Below, piece after piece: positions 10,477 through 19,514 of a stretch of 64,000 bases of DNA. The translations under genes and the position numbers were made by a program. Numbering within the stretch: position 1 is the stretch's first letter; every line of letters starts with the position of its first letter. The DNA comes from Christensenella sp. UBA1242 (GTDB lineage: Bacteria > Bacillota > Clostridia > Christensenellales > UBA1242): NCBI GenBank assembly GCA_002308915.1, contig DBWI01000014.1:5340-69339 (forward strand), given 5' to 3'. Under the pieces are notes generated by a model. That model had not been told where the DNA came from and did no database searches. It saw only the letters and a program-made list of their open reading frames with translations.

Positions 10477-10842
10477 ATGAATTACAATTATTACTCAATG
10501 CCATTTTTGAAAAAACAAACATACTATCCAAACGAATTGTATGTTTCAAAAATTGTAAAAATAAAATCAAAAAGTGAATTTGATGTTATAAAAGTTGGAA
10601 TTTTTGCAAAACTTGAAAATAATGAATTTTTAAATATTACAACTGGTATTGTTTTTAAGCCATTTAATGAAAATTCTCAAAAATGTGAGTATTATGTTTT
10701 GGAAGAAAACAGCAAATGTCTTTCGGATATTATTGTTGATGATTACGTAAGAAAGGTTGGCATGTCTTTTGAAGCAGTTGAATGGTTGGAAAAAGATTTT
10801 AATCAAAAAATTTATTCAAAAAAAACTAGCTTAGAAAAATAA
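10477..10842 (+). CDS. hypothetical protein (121 aa)
   Basis: ATG 10477 is preceded by AGAAGG. The ORF track begins at an upstream TTG (10441). No recognisable motifs. Confidence 0.55.
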   Translation: MNYNYYSMPFLKKQTYYPNELYVSKIVKIKSKSEFDVIKVGIFAKLENNEFLNITTGIVFKPFNENSQKCEYYVLEENSKCLSDIIVDDYVRKVGMSFEAVEWLEKDFNQKIYSKKTSLEK

Positions 10843-10867
10843 AAAATCCCAAATGGGATTTTTTTTG
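10843..10867. terminator. bidirectional terminator
   Basis: AATCCC(10845-10850) AAAT GGGATT(10855-10860) followed by T6 and preceded by an A-run. It lies between convergent genes. Confidence 0.75.
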
Positions 10868-10874
10868 ATGTCTT

Positions 10875-11678
10875 TTAATCAAAGTAATTATTCTTTTTGA
10901 ATAATGCCTTAAAGAACTTTCCAAAAGCTCTACGAGTTGAAAGCCAAACAATTTTGCTGTTATTCTTTTTGTTTTTTAACATTCTTGGAACAACATATTT
11001 TGAGATTGTTTCTGGATAATCTCCCAAAATATTATATACCTTTTTAACCTTGTCACTAAGTTCAACTTTTGTTTTGCCACCATTTGCTTCTTTTAGAAAA
11101 TCTGTTATCATGATTCCTGGTGTGAGCAACATTACTTGAACTTTGTCGTTGTAATGACTATCACATTCTTTAGCAAGTGCTTCTGTGAAATATGTTATTG
11201 CTCTTTTTGCTGTACCATAAATTGTTAAGCCAGTTTTCATTGCATCATTACTGCCATAACCTTCTATGTTGTAAATTTGTCCAAAACCTTGTTCAACCAT
11301 GTGAGCAAATGCGATTCTGGAACCATTGATTGCACCCTTTAGGTCAACATTAAGCAAAAAATCTATGTCTTGTTCGGTAAGCATACATACAGGTAAGTCT
11401 GGTTGATTGACTCCTGCATTATTTATCCAAATATCCACTGCTCCAAAAGTTTGTTTTGATTGCTCCCACAAATTTTCTAGCATATCACTTTTTGTAACAT
11501 CGCAAACAACTGTTAAAACTTTGCCTTTTCCTTCAATTTTTTCAAGTTCTTTTTTTGCTTTATCCAAACTTTCTTGTTTTAGGTCGCTAAGCACAACATT
11601 GCAACCATATTTACGGAAATCTTTTGCCATTGCAAAACCAAAACCACGAGCTGAGCCTGTTATTACTATTGTTTTCAT
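10875..11678 (-). CDS. short-chain dehydrogenase/reductase (SDR) family oxidoreductase
   Basis: N-terminal TGSARGFG (TGxxxGxG cofactor motif), NNAG and catalytic YGTAK (YxxxK). Confidence 0.85.
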   Translation of the reverse strand: MKTIVITGSARGFGFAMAKDFRKYGCNVVLSDLKQESLDKAKKELEKIEGKGKVLTVVCDVTKSDMLENLWEQSKQTFGAVDIWINNAGVNQPDLPVCMLTEQDIDFLLNVDLKGAINGSRIAFAHMVEQGFGQIYNIEGYGSNDAMKTGLTIYGTAKRAITYFTEALAKECDSHYNDKVQVMLLTPGIMITDFLKEANGGKTKVELSDKVKKVYNILGDYPETISKYVVPRMLKNKKNNSKIVWLSTRRAFGKFFKALFKKNNYFD

Positions 11679-11723
11679 ATTTTCTCCTTACTTTTGTATT
11701 TTAATATTTTTTGCAAATAAAAT

Positions 11724-11752
11724 CAAAAAAAAGAGACATAAATCTCTTTTTT
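11724..11752 (-). terminator. rho-independent terminator
   Basis: On the minus strand: AAGAGA TTTATG TCTCTT followed by T8, just after the stop of the 11762-12304 gene. Confidence 0.65.
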
Positions 11753-11761
11753 GTTTGTAAT

Positions 11762-12304
11762 TTATAAATCTTTTTCGTTATCTTCTATTTGTTTTGATGT
11801 GCCTAATTCTTTTTTTGTTGTGTATTTTGCAATAACTTCATCTTTGGCTTGTTCAACTTGAAAGTCTTCGTTCTGAATTAAATCTTCTTCACTTTCTAAT
11901 TCATTTGATTGTTGAAATGAACCTTGTATTTCCCAAGAAAGACGATTTGCTTTGTCTCTTAAGTCATATATTTTTTCTGCTCTACTTCTTTGTATTTTGT
12001 CTGAAACATCTATGTATAATACTGGACCACCACCAACAAGTGCACCACCTGCCATAAGTGTTATTGATAAAGCAATAAGTGGAAGTGGAAATGCTCCAAG
12101 AATGCAAGGTATTAACAACACTACACCTATCCCAAATGTTAACACTGACAATAAAAATGTGTTTGCACCGCTGCGGCCGTTACGCAAAAAGTCGCAAACT
12201 TCACGCAACCAACCTCTTTTGCTTGAATTTCTGTTCTTTTGTTCAAGTTTGTGTATTTTCTCTTGAATTTTTTCAATTTGTTTTTGTCTTTTATCAAATT
12301 CCAT
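11762..12304 (-). CDS. hypothetical membrane protein with charged coiled-coil ends
   Basis: 180-aa ORF with two central hydrophobic helices (FLLSVLTFGIGVVLLIPCILGAFPLPLIALSITLMAGGALVGGG) between K/E-rich segments. Confidence 0.6.
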   Translation of the reverse strand: MEFDKRQKQIEKIQEKIHKLEQKNRNSSKRGWLREVCDFLRNGRSGANTFLLSVLTFGIGVVLLIPCILGAFPLPLIALSITLMAGGALVGGGPVLYIDVSDKIQRSRAEKIYDLRDKANRLSWEIQGSFQQSNELESEEDLIQNEDFQVEQAKDEVIAKYTTKKELGTSKQIEDNEKDL

Positions 12305-12440
12305 GATAATTTACCTCATCTGTTTTTATTATATCATACGCAAATTGCTCTGGTCAATACATAAAAAACAATAAACCTGTTTTTTGATTTTCAATTTTTG
12401 ATTATTGTGATATAATCAACCAAAAGGAAACAAAAGAAAA

Positions 12441-13847
12441 ATGAGTGAAGTAAAATTTGGTACTGGTGGATTTAGAGGTGTTATTGCAGATAATTTCACA
12501 AAAGATAATATTCAAAAAATTTGTCAAGCAGTTGCAAATATTGTTGAAAAGAAAAAATTAAGAAAGAAAATTTGTATTGGTTACGACAATAGATTTTTGT
12601 CTGAATTTTTTGGAACATGGTGTGCAGAAGTTTTTGCAGGAAATGGATTTGAAGTTGAGCTGTTTAAAAATGCTTGTGCAACACCTGTTGTAATGTATAA
12701 AACCATGACAGAAGGCAATGATTATGGAATTATGATAACAGCTAGTCATAATCCTTTTGAATATAATGGAATTAAAATTTTTACCAAAGATGGCAGAGAT
12801 GCAAGTGTTGAAGCAACAAATGAAATTGAAAAAGAATTTAATAAAGTTAAAACCATAAAAATTTCTAGCGAACAGCAATTTGAAAATCTTGTAAAAATTG
12901 TTGATTATGTTGAAGAATTTGTTGACTATATTGTTAAAAATCAAGAACTAGATGATTGTAGTAATTTGCGTGTCGTTTTTGATTCGAAGTTTGGTTCAAC
13001 TGCAGAAGAAATAAATTTGCTATGCCAAAAAATTAACTTAAAAAATTACAAAATAATTAACTCAAAAAGAGATGCTTTGTTTAATTATGTTACACCTGCT
13101 CCAAGTGAAAATAATGTTGAAGAATTAAAAACAAATGTGGCACTCTTTAGAGCAGATATTGGTTTTGCACTTGATGCTGACGGCGACAGACTTGCGGTTA
13201 TTGACAAAGATGGAAATTATTTGGATAATAATATAATTCTTTCACTTGTTTATTACTATTTTGTGAAGTACGAAAACAAAACTGGTGATGTTGTAAAAAA
13301 TTGTGCAACAACTTCCCTTCTTGATGTTTTGGCAAGCAAATTTGGATTTGTGTGTCACGAAGTTCCTGTTGGCTTTAAACATATTTCTAGCAATTTGATT
13401 TCAACAAACTCTGTTGTTGGTGGAGAAAGTAGTGGTGGTCTTGCTATTCAAAATCATATTTGGGGAAAAGACAGCCTTATTTCTATTGCTCTTGTTTTGA
13501 AAATAGTGTCAACTTTGAATAAACCTTTTGATGAAATTGTAAATGAAATGCTTAAGTTTGCAGATAATTTTTCAAAAGTGATAAAAGATAAACAATACAA
13601 GTATTCTCCAGAAAAAGAAAAAGAAATTAAAGAAACGCTGTTCAAAAAACAACTAATGCCAAACTTAACACATAATGTTGTAAAAATTCAAAGAGATGAT
13701 TGTGTTAAAGTTTTTTATGAAAATGGAGATTGGACGCTTATTCGTTTTTCTGGAACAGAACCAGTTCTTAGAATTTTTGTTGAGTTTGAAAACAACTTAA
13801 CTTGTCAACAAGAAATATCTTTGTGGCAGGACTTTTTGAATTTGTAA
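12441..13847 (+). CDS. phosphoglucomutase/phosphomannomutase family phosphohexomutase
   Basis: Active-site loop TASHNPFEYNGIK, metal loop DADGDR, sugar-binding GGESSGG. GGAAAC RBS-like sequence upstream. Confidence 0.85.
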   Translation: MSEVKFGTGGFRGVIADNFTKDNIQKICQAVANIVEKKKLRKKICIGYDNRFLSEFFGTWCAEVFAGNGFEVELFKNACATPVVMYKTMTEGNDYGIMITASHNPFEYNGIKIFTKDGRDASVEATNEIEKEFNKVKTIKISSEQQFENLVKIVDYVEEFVDYIVKNQELDDCSNLRVVFDSKFGSTAEEINLLCQKINLKNYKIINSKRDALFNYVTPAPSENNVEELKTNVALFRADIGFALDADGDRLAVIDKDGNYLDNNIILSLVYYYFVKYENKTGDVVKNCATTSLLDVLASKFGFVCHEVPVGFKHISSNLISTNSVVGGESSGGLAIQNHIWGKDSLISIALVLKIVSTLNKPFDEIVNEMLKFADNFSKVIKDKQYKYSPEKEKEIKETLFKKQLMPNLTHNVVKIQRDDCVKVFYENGDWTLIRFSGTEPVLRIFVEFENNLTCQQEISLWQDFLNL

Positions 13848-13848
13848 A

Positions 13849-13875
13849 TAAATCCCGTCTGGGATTTTTTTATTT
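13849..13875 (+). terminator. rho-independent terminator
   Basis: AATCCC(13851-13856) GTCT GGGATT(13861-13866) plus a T-run. Confidence 0.75.
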
Positions 13876-13919
13876 AAACAAAATTGACATAGATATATAA
13901 GTTATTGTACAATGCAGTT

Positions 13920-14402
13920 ATGAAAAAATTTAGCACATCAAAAAATGTTTATTATATTTTGGGTTTTGCAATTCTTCTTGTTCTTGGTGGAATTGCACTT
14001 TTGGTTTGGAGTATTTTTGATTTTAGTACAGACAAACTTATGGCAACAATAACCGTACTTTTTGTTGGTTTTACTATACTTGTTCCTTTGATAAAACATT
14101 CAAAATTAATATTTTGTAAGGTTTCATTTTCTAAAGACGGAATTAGTAAATTCTATCATGGAAAGTTGGTTGTTTTTATTGGTTGGCAAGAGATTAAAAA
14201 AATGGAAGTAATGCCAAGAATAAACAGATTTAATGAAACAAAAATGTATGTTCAAAAAACAGAATTCGCTACTAGTGAGTATATTAAAGACATGAGAGAA
14301 AACATCTATTTTGTAATCAATTTTAAAACACTTGCAGAACTTTTGAAATACAAAAAACAATTCCCAAAAGAAATTGTCAATCGTGAAGTTATAGGTATTT
14401 GA
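13920..14402 (+). CDS. hypothetical membrane protein
   Basis: Start taken at ATG 13920 (MKKFSTSK). Two N-terminal TM helices. No known motif. Confidence 0.5.
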   Translation: MKKFSTSKNVYYILGFAILLVLGGIALLVWSIFDFSTDKLMATITVLFVGFTILVPLIKHSKLIFCKVSFSKDGISKFYHGKLVVFIGWQEIKKMEVMPRINRFNETKMYVQKTEFATSEYIKDMRENIYFVINFKTLAELLKYKKQFPKEIVNREVIGI

Positions 14403-14405
14403 TAT

Positions 14406-15656
14406 ATGTCAAAAATTAACAAAAAATTAAATAATCTTACAAAAAATTTTGGTTTTAAAAAACAAGAACTTACCGAGATAAAAAAAATGTATCTTGGTGA
14501 GTTTTTTAATCCTCAAGATACAGCATATCAAAAACTTTTGAAGATATCAAAAAAACTATGTGATGAATACAACTCTATAGATAAAAATCTTAAGGAAAAA
14601 CTATCACTTTTTAAAACTATAAAAATATATTTCAAAAAGAAAAAAATAATCAACAAACTCTTTCCTTGTCACAAAATGATTGGAAGCATTAGACATGTTG
14701 ATACAATAATTGGACTTGTTGACCTTGATAACTTTGTATTCTTAAATAATGGTGCAAGTTTTTCTAAATATACTCTTACTCATATTGGCAGTGGTACAAT
14801 GTTTGGAGTAAAAGTTACTGTTGGTAGTGATGAAGTTGAAAAAAATGATAATTTAATTAAATTATCAAAAATTGAAATTGGTAAAAACACTTGGCTTGGT
14901 GCTGGTGCAAAAATATTTAATAACACAACGCTAAATGATGGATGTGTGGTTGCAAGTGGAGCAAATGTTTGCGATGATGTAAACAAAAATTCTTTGTACC
15001 TTGGCAGACCAGGAAAAAACTATTGCGTGTTAGATAAATCATATTCACCAAAACCAAAAATTCATCAAGATTACACACATGAGCAAGTTGAAAAAATTTA
15101 TTCCACAATTAAAAATCTTGGTTACAAAAGTGTATGGAAAGAATACAAAAAAATGCTAACCGGTCAAAAATTTAATACTTGTAAAATTAAGTTTGGAAAT
15201 CTGTTTTTGCTTACGCACAGACTTTGTGCTGAAATGAGTAACAAAGAAACAACAAAATCTCGTCGTGAACAAATTATTGATGTATTATTCCCTAACCATG
15301 GTGAAAATTTTGTTGTAGAAAATGATGTGTTTATTGATTTGCTTGGAAGTGTGGTTTGTGGTGATAATGTTACAATTAAAAGTGGAACTTATCTTGCAGG
15401 AAATGTTTTTATTGGTGACAATGTTACATTGCAAAATAATACAATAATTTTTGCAAGTGAACATGATATGATTGCTAGTGACAGAAAAATGCGATTTAAC
15501 TTGAAAAATGGTTTATATCGCTGGACTTGGACAGATACAGTTATTGTTAATTCAAATATCTCAATTGGAGAAAATGCAATAATTGTCCCTAGCACAGTGG
15601 TATCTCAAAATATTCCTGCAAACGCTCTTTGTACAAACAAAAAAATTATTGAATAA
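14406..15656 (+). CDS. tandem-duplicated sugar O-acetyltransferase (two left-handed beta-helix hexapeptide modules in one 416-aa chain)
   Basis: Each half has a Mac-like N-terminal helix region (YLGEFFNPQD..., MLTGQKFNT...) followed by hexapeptide repeats (IGKNTWLGAGAKI..., IGDNVTLQNNTII..., ISIGENAIIVPSTVV). Only the second half keeps the SEHD...DR catalytic-type segment. Confidence 0.7.
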   Translation: MSKINKKLNNLTKNFGFKKQELTEIKKMYLGEFFNPQDTAYQKLLKISKKLCDEYNSIDKNLKEKLSLFKTIKIYFKKKKIINKLFPCHKMIGSIRHVDTIIGLVDLDNFVFLNNGASFSKYTLTHIGSGTMFGVKVTVGSDEVEKNDNLIKLSKIEIGKNTWLGAGAKIFNNTTLNDGCVVASGANVCDDVNKNSLYLGRPGKNYCVLDKSYSPKPKIHQDYTHEQVEKIYSTIKNLGYKSVWKEYKKMLTGQKFNTCKIKFGNLFLLTHRLCAEMSNKETTKSRREQIIDVLFPNHGENFVVENDVFIDLLGSVVCGDNVTIKSGTYLAGNVFIGDNVTLQNNTIIFASEHDMIASDRKMRFNLKNGLYRWTWTDTVIVNSNISIGENAIIVPSTVVSQNIPANALCTNKKIIE

Positions 15657-15699
15657 AAAAATTGACACGAAAAGTGCCAATTTTTTATTTTTTACTTAA

Positions 15700-16503
15700 T
15701 TATTTTCTATTATTTGATATTTGAATTTTCATAACAATTTCAAGTATAATTTGAACAATTCTTATGACTGCAACTATAAATTCACAAATATATGTAAGCT
15801 TGTATGCCTCAAATACTTTTTTTGTCGTTTCAATTTCTTCTTCATCTAGTACTTTTGAATCTGTAATAATTTTGAGTGCCATTTTATTTGCTTTTGTTTC
15901 TACTGGCAAGTTGAGTAAAAGTTCAACAAATCCAGCAAGAATAATAAAAGTACTAACTCCAAGACAAATAATTGAAACTAAACCAAATTGTGAAAATAAA
16001 ACAAGATCAATAATTGCACCAAGCAAAATAATTGGAATAAACAAAATTGGTCCAACAAGTGATAACACTTGTGATGCATTTCTTACCCTTACAGTTTTGT
16101 CGCCGTCATGGTCCATTTTTGCAAGTGCAACTTTTTGAAGAGCAACACTTACTGCTGTTATACTATCTTTGTTTGCTATTCTTCCTCTTAAATAAATTGT
16201 CTTTCTTCTTACGCTATAACAGTTACCAATAAAGAACGCTCTAAGCCAACTTGCTTTTTTTATTTTTACATCATTTAATCCAGCTGCTTTTAGTGCTTCT
16301 TCTGCAACTTCAAAACTTGTTTTACCATTTTTGGTTGTTGCATGATTGGCTTTGCTGTATTTTACTACAAGAATAATTCTCATAACAAGTGCTGCAATTA
16401 TCATAACTGCAAGTAAAGCAGAAACTATTAAATATGCAATTGCAAGTCCTCTTGTTACACCTAAGTCTGTTAAATATTTTATTGCTTTTTCTATTAGTTC
16501 CAT
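15700..16503 (-). CDS. YugP-like (Zn_peptidase_2 type) membrane protein with degenerate active site
   Basis: Same architecture as the two YugP-like genes at 56847-58310 (LPVETKAN vs LPVELNAS; KLTYI vs AMTYVAA). The HExxH position reads SVALQKVALAKMDH, so both the His and Glu ligands are lost. Confidence 0.6.
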   Translation of the reverse strand: MELIEKAIKYLTDLGVTRGLAIAYLIVSALLAVMIIAALVMRIILVVKYSKANHATTKNGKTSFEVAEEALKAAGLNDVKIKKASWLRAFFIGNCYSVRRKTIYLRGRIANKDSITAVSVALQKVALAKMDHDGDKTVRVRNASQVLSLVGPILFIPIILLGAIIDLVLFSQFGLVSIICLGVSTFIILAGFVELLLNLPVETKANKMALKIITDSKVLDEEEIETTKKVFEAYKLTYICEFIVAVIRIVQIILEIVMKIQISNNRK

Positions 16504-16518
16504 AAAATTCTCCGTCTA

Positions 16519-17379
16519 TTACATTGTTTGTTCTGGTTCATTATTTTTGTTATCAGAATATGTTACTGTGTAATCAGTTGATACTGTTAATGGTGCTGAT
16601 AACACTTCTTGAATATTTCCTGTGTATGTTGGTTCTGCACCATAAAATTGAACATTATATTTGTCTAATAGATAAATATCATATTCTGTAACATCTTTTG
16701 GAGTACCAGGTTTTACATATGTATTCATTATTGATGCTCTGTCATCAATATGAGCAAAACCCATTGCGTGCATTGATTCGTGTACTGCAGTTGTATATGC
16801 AGCTGCATTATGAGCACTCAATGTTTCTTCAATTGTATCAAGTTCATCCCATACCATTAAAAGATAATTTTTTCTAAAAGTGATACTAAGGTCTTTTAAT
16901 TCATGACTAAAAAGTTCATAATGCCAATTTGTGTGAGCCATAACATTTTTATTGTTGTCAAGAACTTCTGTTGTCATATAAAGTGGAATGTCTTGTTTTC
17001 CTATTGAGTCAACTTTTGGTATATCATATTTTTCCGCCAGATTCTCATCTTGTGTACACAAATTGAAATTTACTTTGCTGTTGTAGTTATTTAATGTTGT
17101 GTATGCTTCTTTGAATGCGTTAACCACCAAAAACTCGTCTTCTTCTGTTGTTCCAAAATGAAGCATTTCATCAAATTGTTCGGTTATTACAACATTATGT
17201 TCACCTTCTTTAAGATGAACTCCATTTGCAAGAAGTGGTAAACCATCAGCCACACTTGCGTGATGATGGTCAACCAAATCTAATGTTAAATTCATGCCAC
17301 CTATACCAATTGCAGCACCGATAATAGCTATACCAGCCATCTTTAGGATGCCTTTTATGCCATCTCTTTTTTTACCCAT
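16519..17379 (-). CDS. membrane-anchored metzincin-type zinc metalloprotease
   Basis: HESMHAMGFAH matches HExxHxxGxxH. One N-terminal TM helix. The start is preferred at ATG 17379 behind GAGGA (17388-17384); the track start is GTG 17391. Confidence 0.7.
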   Translation of the reverse strand: MGKKRDGIKGILKMAGIAIIGAAIGIGGMNLTLDLVDHHHASVADGLPLLANGVHLKEGEHNVVITEQFDEMLHFGTTEEDEFLVVNAFKEAYTTLNNYNSKVNFNLCTQDENLAEKYDIPKVDSIGKQDIPLYMTTEVLDNNKNVMAHTNWHYELFSHELKDLSITFRKNYLLMVWDELDTIEETLSAHNAAAYTTAVHESMHAMGFAHIDDRASIMNTYVKPGTPKDVTEYDIYLLDKYNVQFYGAEPTYTGNIQEVLSAPLTVSTDYTVTYSDNKNNEPEQTM

Positions 17380-17380
17380 T

Positions 17381-18457
17381 TTATTCCTCACATAATTTTT
17401 GGTTTACTTTGTATAAAGCTACAACAGAATTTTTTGTGAAACTATATATTTTTTGAATATAAGTAAATCTGTTTGCATCTTCTTTTGCATATTCATCCAA
17501 ATCAAAATGATAATCAATTCTAAATACTGCCATATCTACAGAATCTAAGCTTCTATAGAAACACTCTTTATCATTCATATAACTATTGTAAACATCTAAA
17601 TAATCTTGTAATTCTTGAACTGTTGCTGTTACAGTTGTGTTTGTGTTATCAAGTTGAACATAATTGTTTAATGTTTCAAAAATATTGTCTGTGTCCAATT
17701 TTACGTAATCACCATTAAAAGAATTAAGATATTTGATTGCTGGAGTTATTGTTTCTATAACACTTTGCAAGTTGCTAATTGTTTTTTGGTTCTTTAATTG
17801 AACATCTGTTAATTCAATATATGATCCATCTGCATTTTTGAATGTATCAAATTTTGGATAGATATACTTTTGACATAGTTCCAAGAAGTTGTTATCCAAC
17901 TCAACAACTTTTTCACAAAGATTAATTAGTTTTCTTTTATATTCTCTTAAATGTTGTAAACTAATTGAACCAACAGCATTAGCTTGTGAATCATTGATAA
18001 TGTTTGTATCTAATTGTTCAACTGTTGTGTGGAAACCTTTGATGGTCTCTTTTACATCTTTTACTAGTTTTTCAAATTTTTGATAATCGTTCTTCATCTC
18101 TGAAGTTGTTTTTGCAGGTACTACCAAAAATATTCCTTCAAACGCTGACAAAAAGTGGAATGATGCTGTGAATATGTTGTCATAAACATCTTTTAGTTCT
18201 GTATAGGCAACAACTTTTTCATCTGTGTATGTGTGGTTTTCAATTTTTTCTAGAACATCATTAACACGAGCACCATACTTTATGCCTTCACTGTATTTTG
18301 TTTCTTCATTTAAACAAATTTCAGTGATGAACTCACTATAAACTGTGTTTGTTTGTTCATAGAATCTATCACTACTATCTAGTTCACAGGCCATAAATGT
18401 TAAACTAACAAAAATCAATAAACAAAAAACTGAAATAATTTTTAGATAATTCTTCAT
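17381..18457 (-). CDS. hypothetical lipoprotein
   Basis: Signal peptide with lipobox LTFMAC. Its stop abuts the start of the downstream metalloprotease gene. Confidence 0.6.
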   Translation of the reverse strand: MKNYLKIISVFCLLIFVSLTFMACELDSSDRFYEQTNTVYSEFITEICLNEETKYSEGIKYGARVNDVLEKIENHTYTDEKVVAYTELKDVYDNIFTASFHFLSAFEGIFLVVPAKTTSEMKNDYQKFEKLVKDVKETIKGFHTTVEQLDTNIINDSQANAVGSISLQHLREYKRKLINLCEKVVELDNNFLELCQKYIYPKFDTFKNADGSYIELTDVQLKNQKTISNLQSVIETITPAIKYLNSFNGDYVKLDTDNIFETLNNYVQLDNTNTTVTATVQELQDYLDVYNSYMNDKECFYRSLDSVDMAVFRIDYHFDLDEYAKEDANRFTYIQKIYSFTKNSVVALYKVNQKLCEE

Positions 18458-18467
18458 ATTAACCTCC

Positions 18468-19403
18468 TTAAACTAAAAAGTATGATTTGAGTGCTGTTGC
18501 ACTTTCGGCTACTGCGCCTTCAAGTGATGCTATAAATTCATCATATTTGTAAGTTGCTAAAGCATTGATACAATCATCAAAGTTTAGATTTGCAAAGTTG
18601 CTTGCTGCAACATCACAATCTGCTTTGTGATCTACATAATATAGTACATCATCTGCTTTGTGAGTATTTGCAAAACTTTGTAGTTTTGATATTGATTGTG
18701 CAAAATTAAATTGTGTCATTTCTTCTTCTTTGTAATTTAAATAGTATTCTGTAATTTTTCTAGCCCAAGAAGCTGTTGTTTGAATTGTCATTTTGCTATG
18801 CTTGTTTACAGAAATTGTATCTGACAAATAATTTGCAAATATTTTTGACATATACTCATAATACTTTGTTTGTGAATTAATAAGCTTTTCGTAAAGGAAT
18901 TTGTAGTTGTATACTTTTTGATACAATGCATCATTACTTGTATACTCATTTATTTGTTGATTTGTAAGATAAGTTTCTAAATATTTTTTGCACTCTGCAA
19001 TGTTATCATTAAGTTCAGAATAATTCTTTTTTATTTCTTGTTGCAACTTGGCCATATCTTCGCCTTTGTTCTCTGTAAACTTTAAGTTGTCAAGATAAAT
19101 TTCATTTTGTGTATCAAGTACCACACTTACTTGGTTATAAACAACAATTTTTGCTTTTGTTTGTTGATAAGTCTCTTCTTGAATTGAAGATAACCTGTTT
19201 GTTAATACTTCTTCAATTTTTGCATTTCTTGATTTTACATAGGCAAAATCTTCACTATGAACAAGTACATATGTGTCATTGTATGGTGCTTCAAGGTCTG
19301 GCTTTGGTTTTAAAATAAAGAATAAACCCACACCAAGTCCAATAACAAGAAGAATTGCTATAAATATAATCAATCCTTTTTTGCCAACTTTAACATTTGC
19401 CAT
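18468..19403 (-). CDS. hypothetical membrane-anchored protein
   Basis: Single N-terminal TM helix (LIIFIAILLVIGLGVGLFFIL). RBS GGAGAGG upstream of ATG 19403. Confidence 0.6.
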   Translation of the reverse strand: MANVKVGKKGLIIFIAILLVIGLGVGLFFILKPKPDLEAPYNDTYVLVHSEDFAYVKSRNAKIEEVLTNRLSSIQEETYQQTKAKIVVYNQVSVVLDTQNEIYLDNLKFTENKGEDMAKLQQEIKKNYSELNDNIAECKKYLETYLTNQQINEYTSNDALYQKVYNYKFLYEKLINSQTKYYEYMSKIFANYLSDTISVNKHSKMTIQTTASWARKITEYYLNYKEEEMTQFNFAQSISKLQSFANTHKADDVLYYVDHKADCDVAASNFANLNFDDCINALATYKYDEFIASLEGAVAESATALKSYFLV

Positions 19404-19479
19404 AATCCTCTCCTTTTATTTATAATATAACACATAAAAATAATAAAATCAATATATGTAAATAAAATTGATTGTCAAG

Positions 19480-19509
19480 TTGACATTTATTGAACACTTG
19501 GCTTATAAT
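19480..19509 (+). promoter_or_regulatory. candidate dnaA promoter
   Basis: TTGACA 19480-19485, 18-nt spacer, TATAAT 19504-19509. The predicted TSS is ~19516, which favours ATG 19527 as the dnaA start. Confidence 0.5.
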
Positions 19510-19514
19510 CTAAA

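Noticed and set aside
11407-12306. Antisense ORFs opposite the SDR gene and the 180-aa membrane protein gene
   Set aside because: They mirror better-supported genes on the other strand and lack start-site signals.
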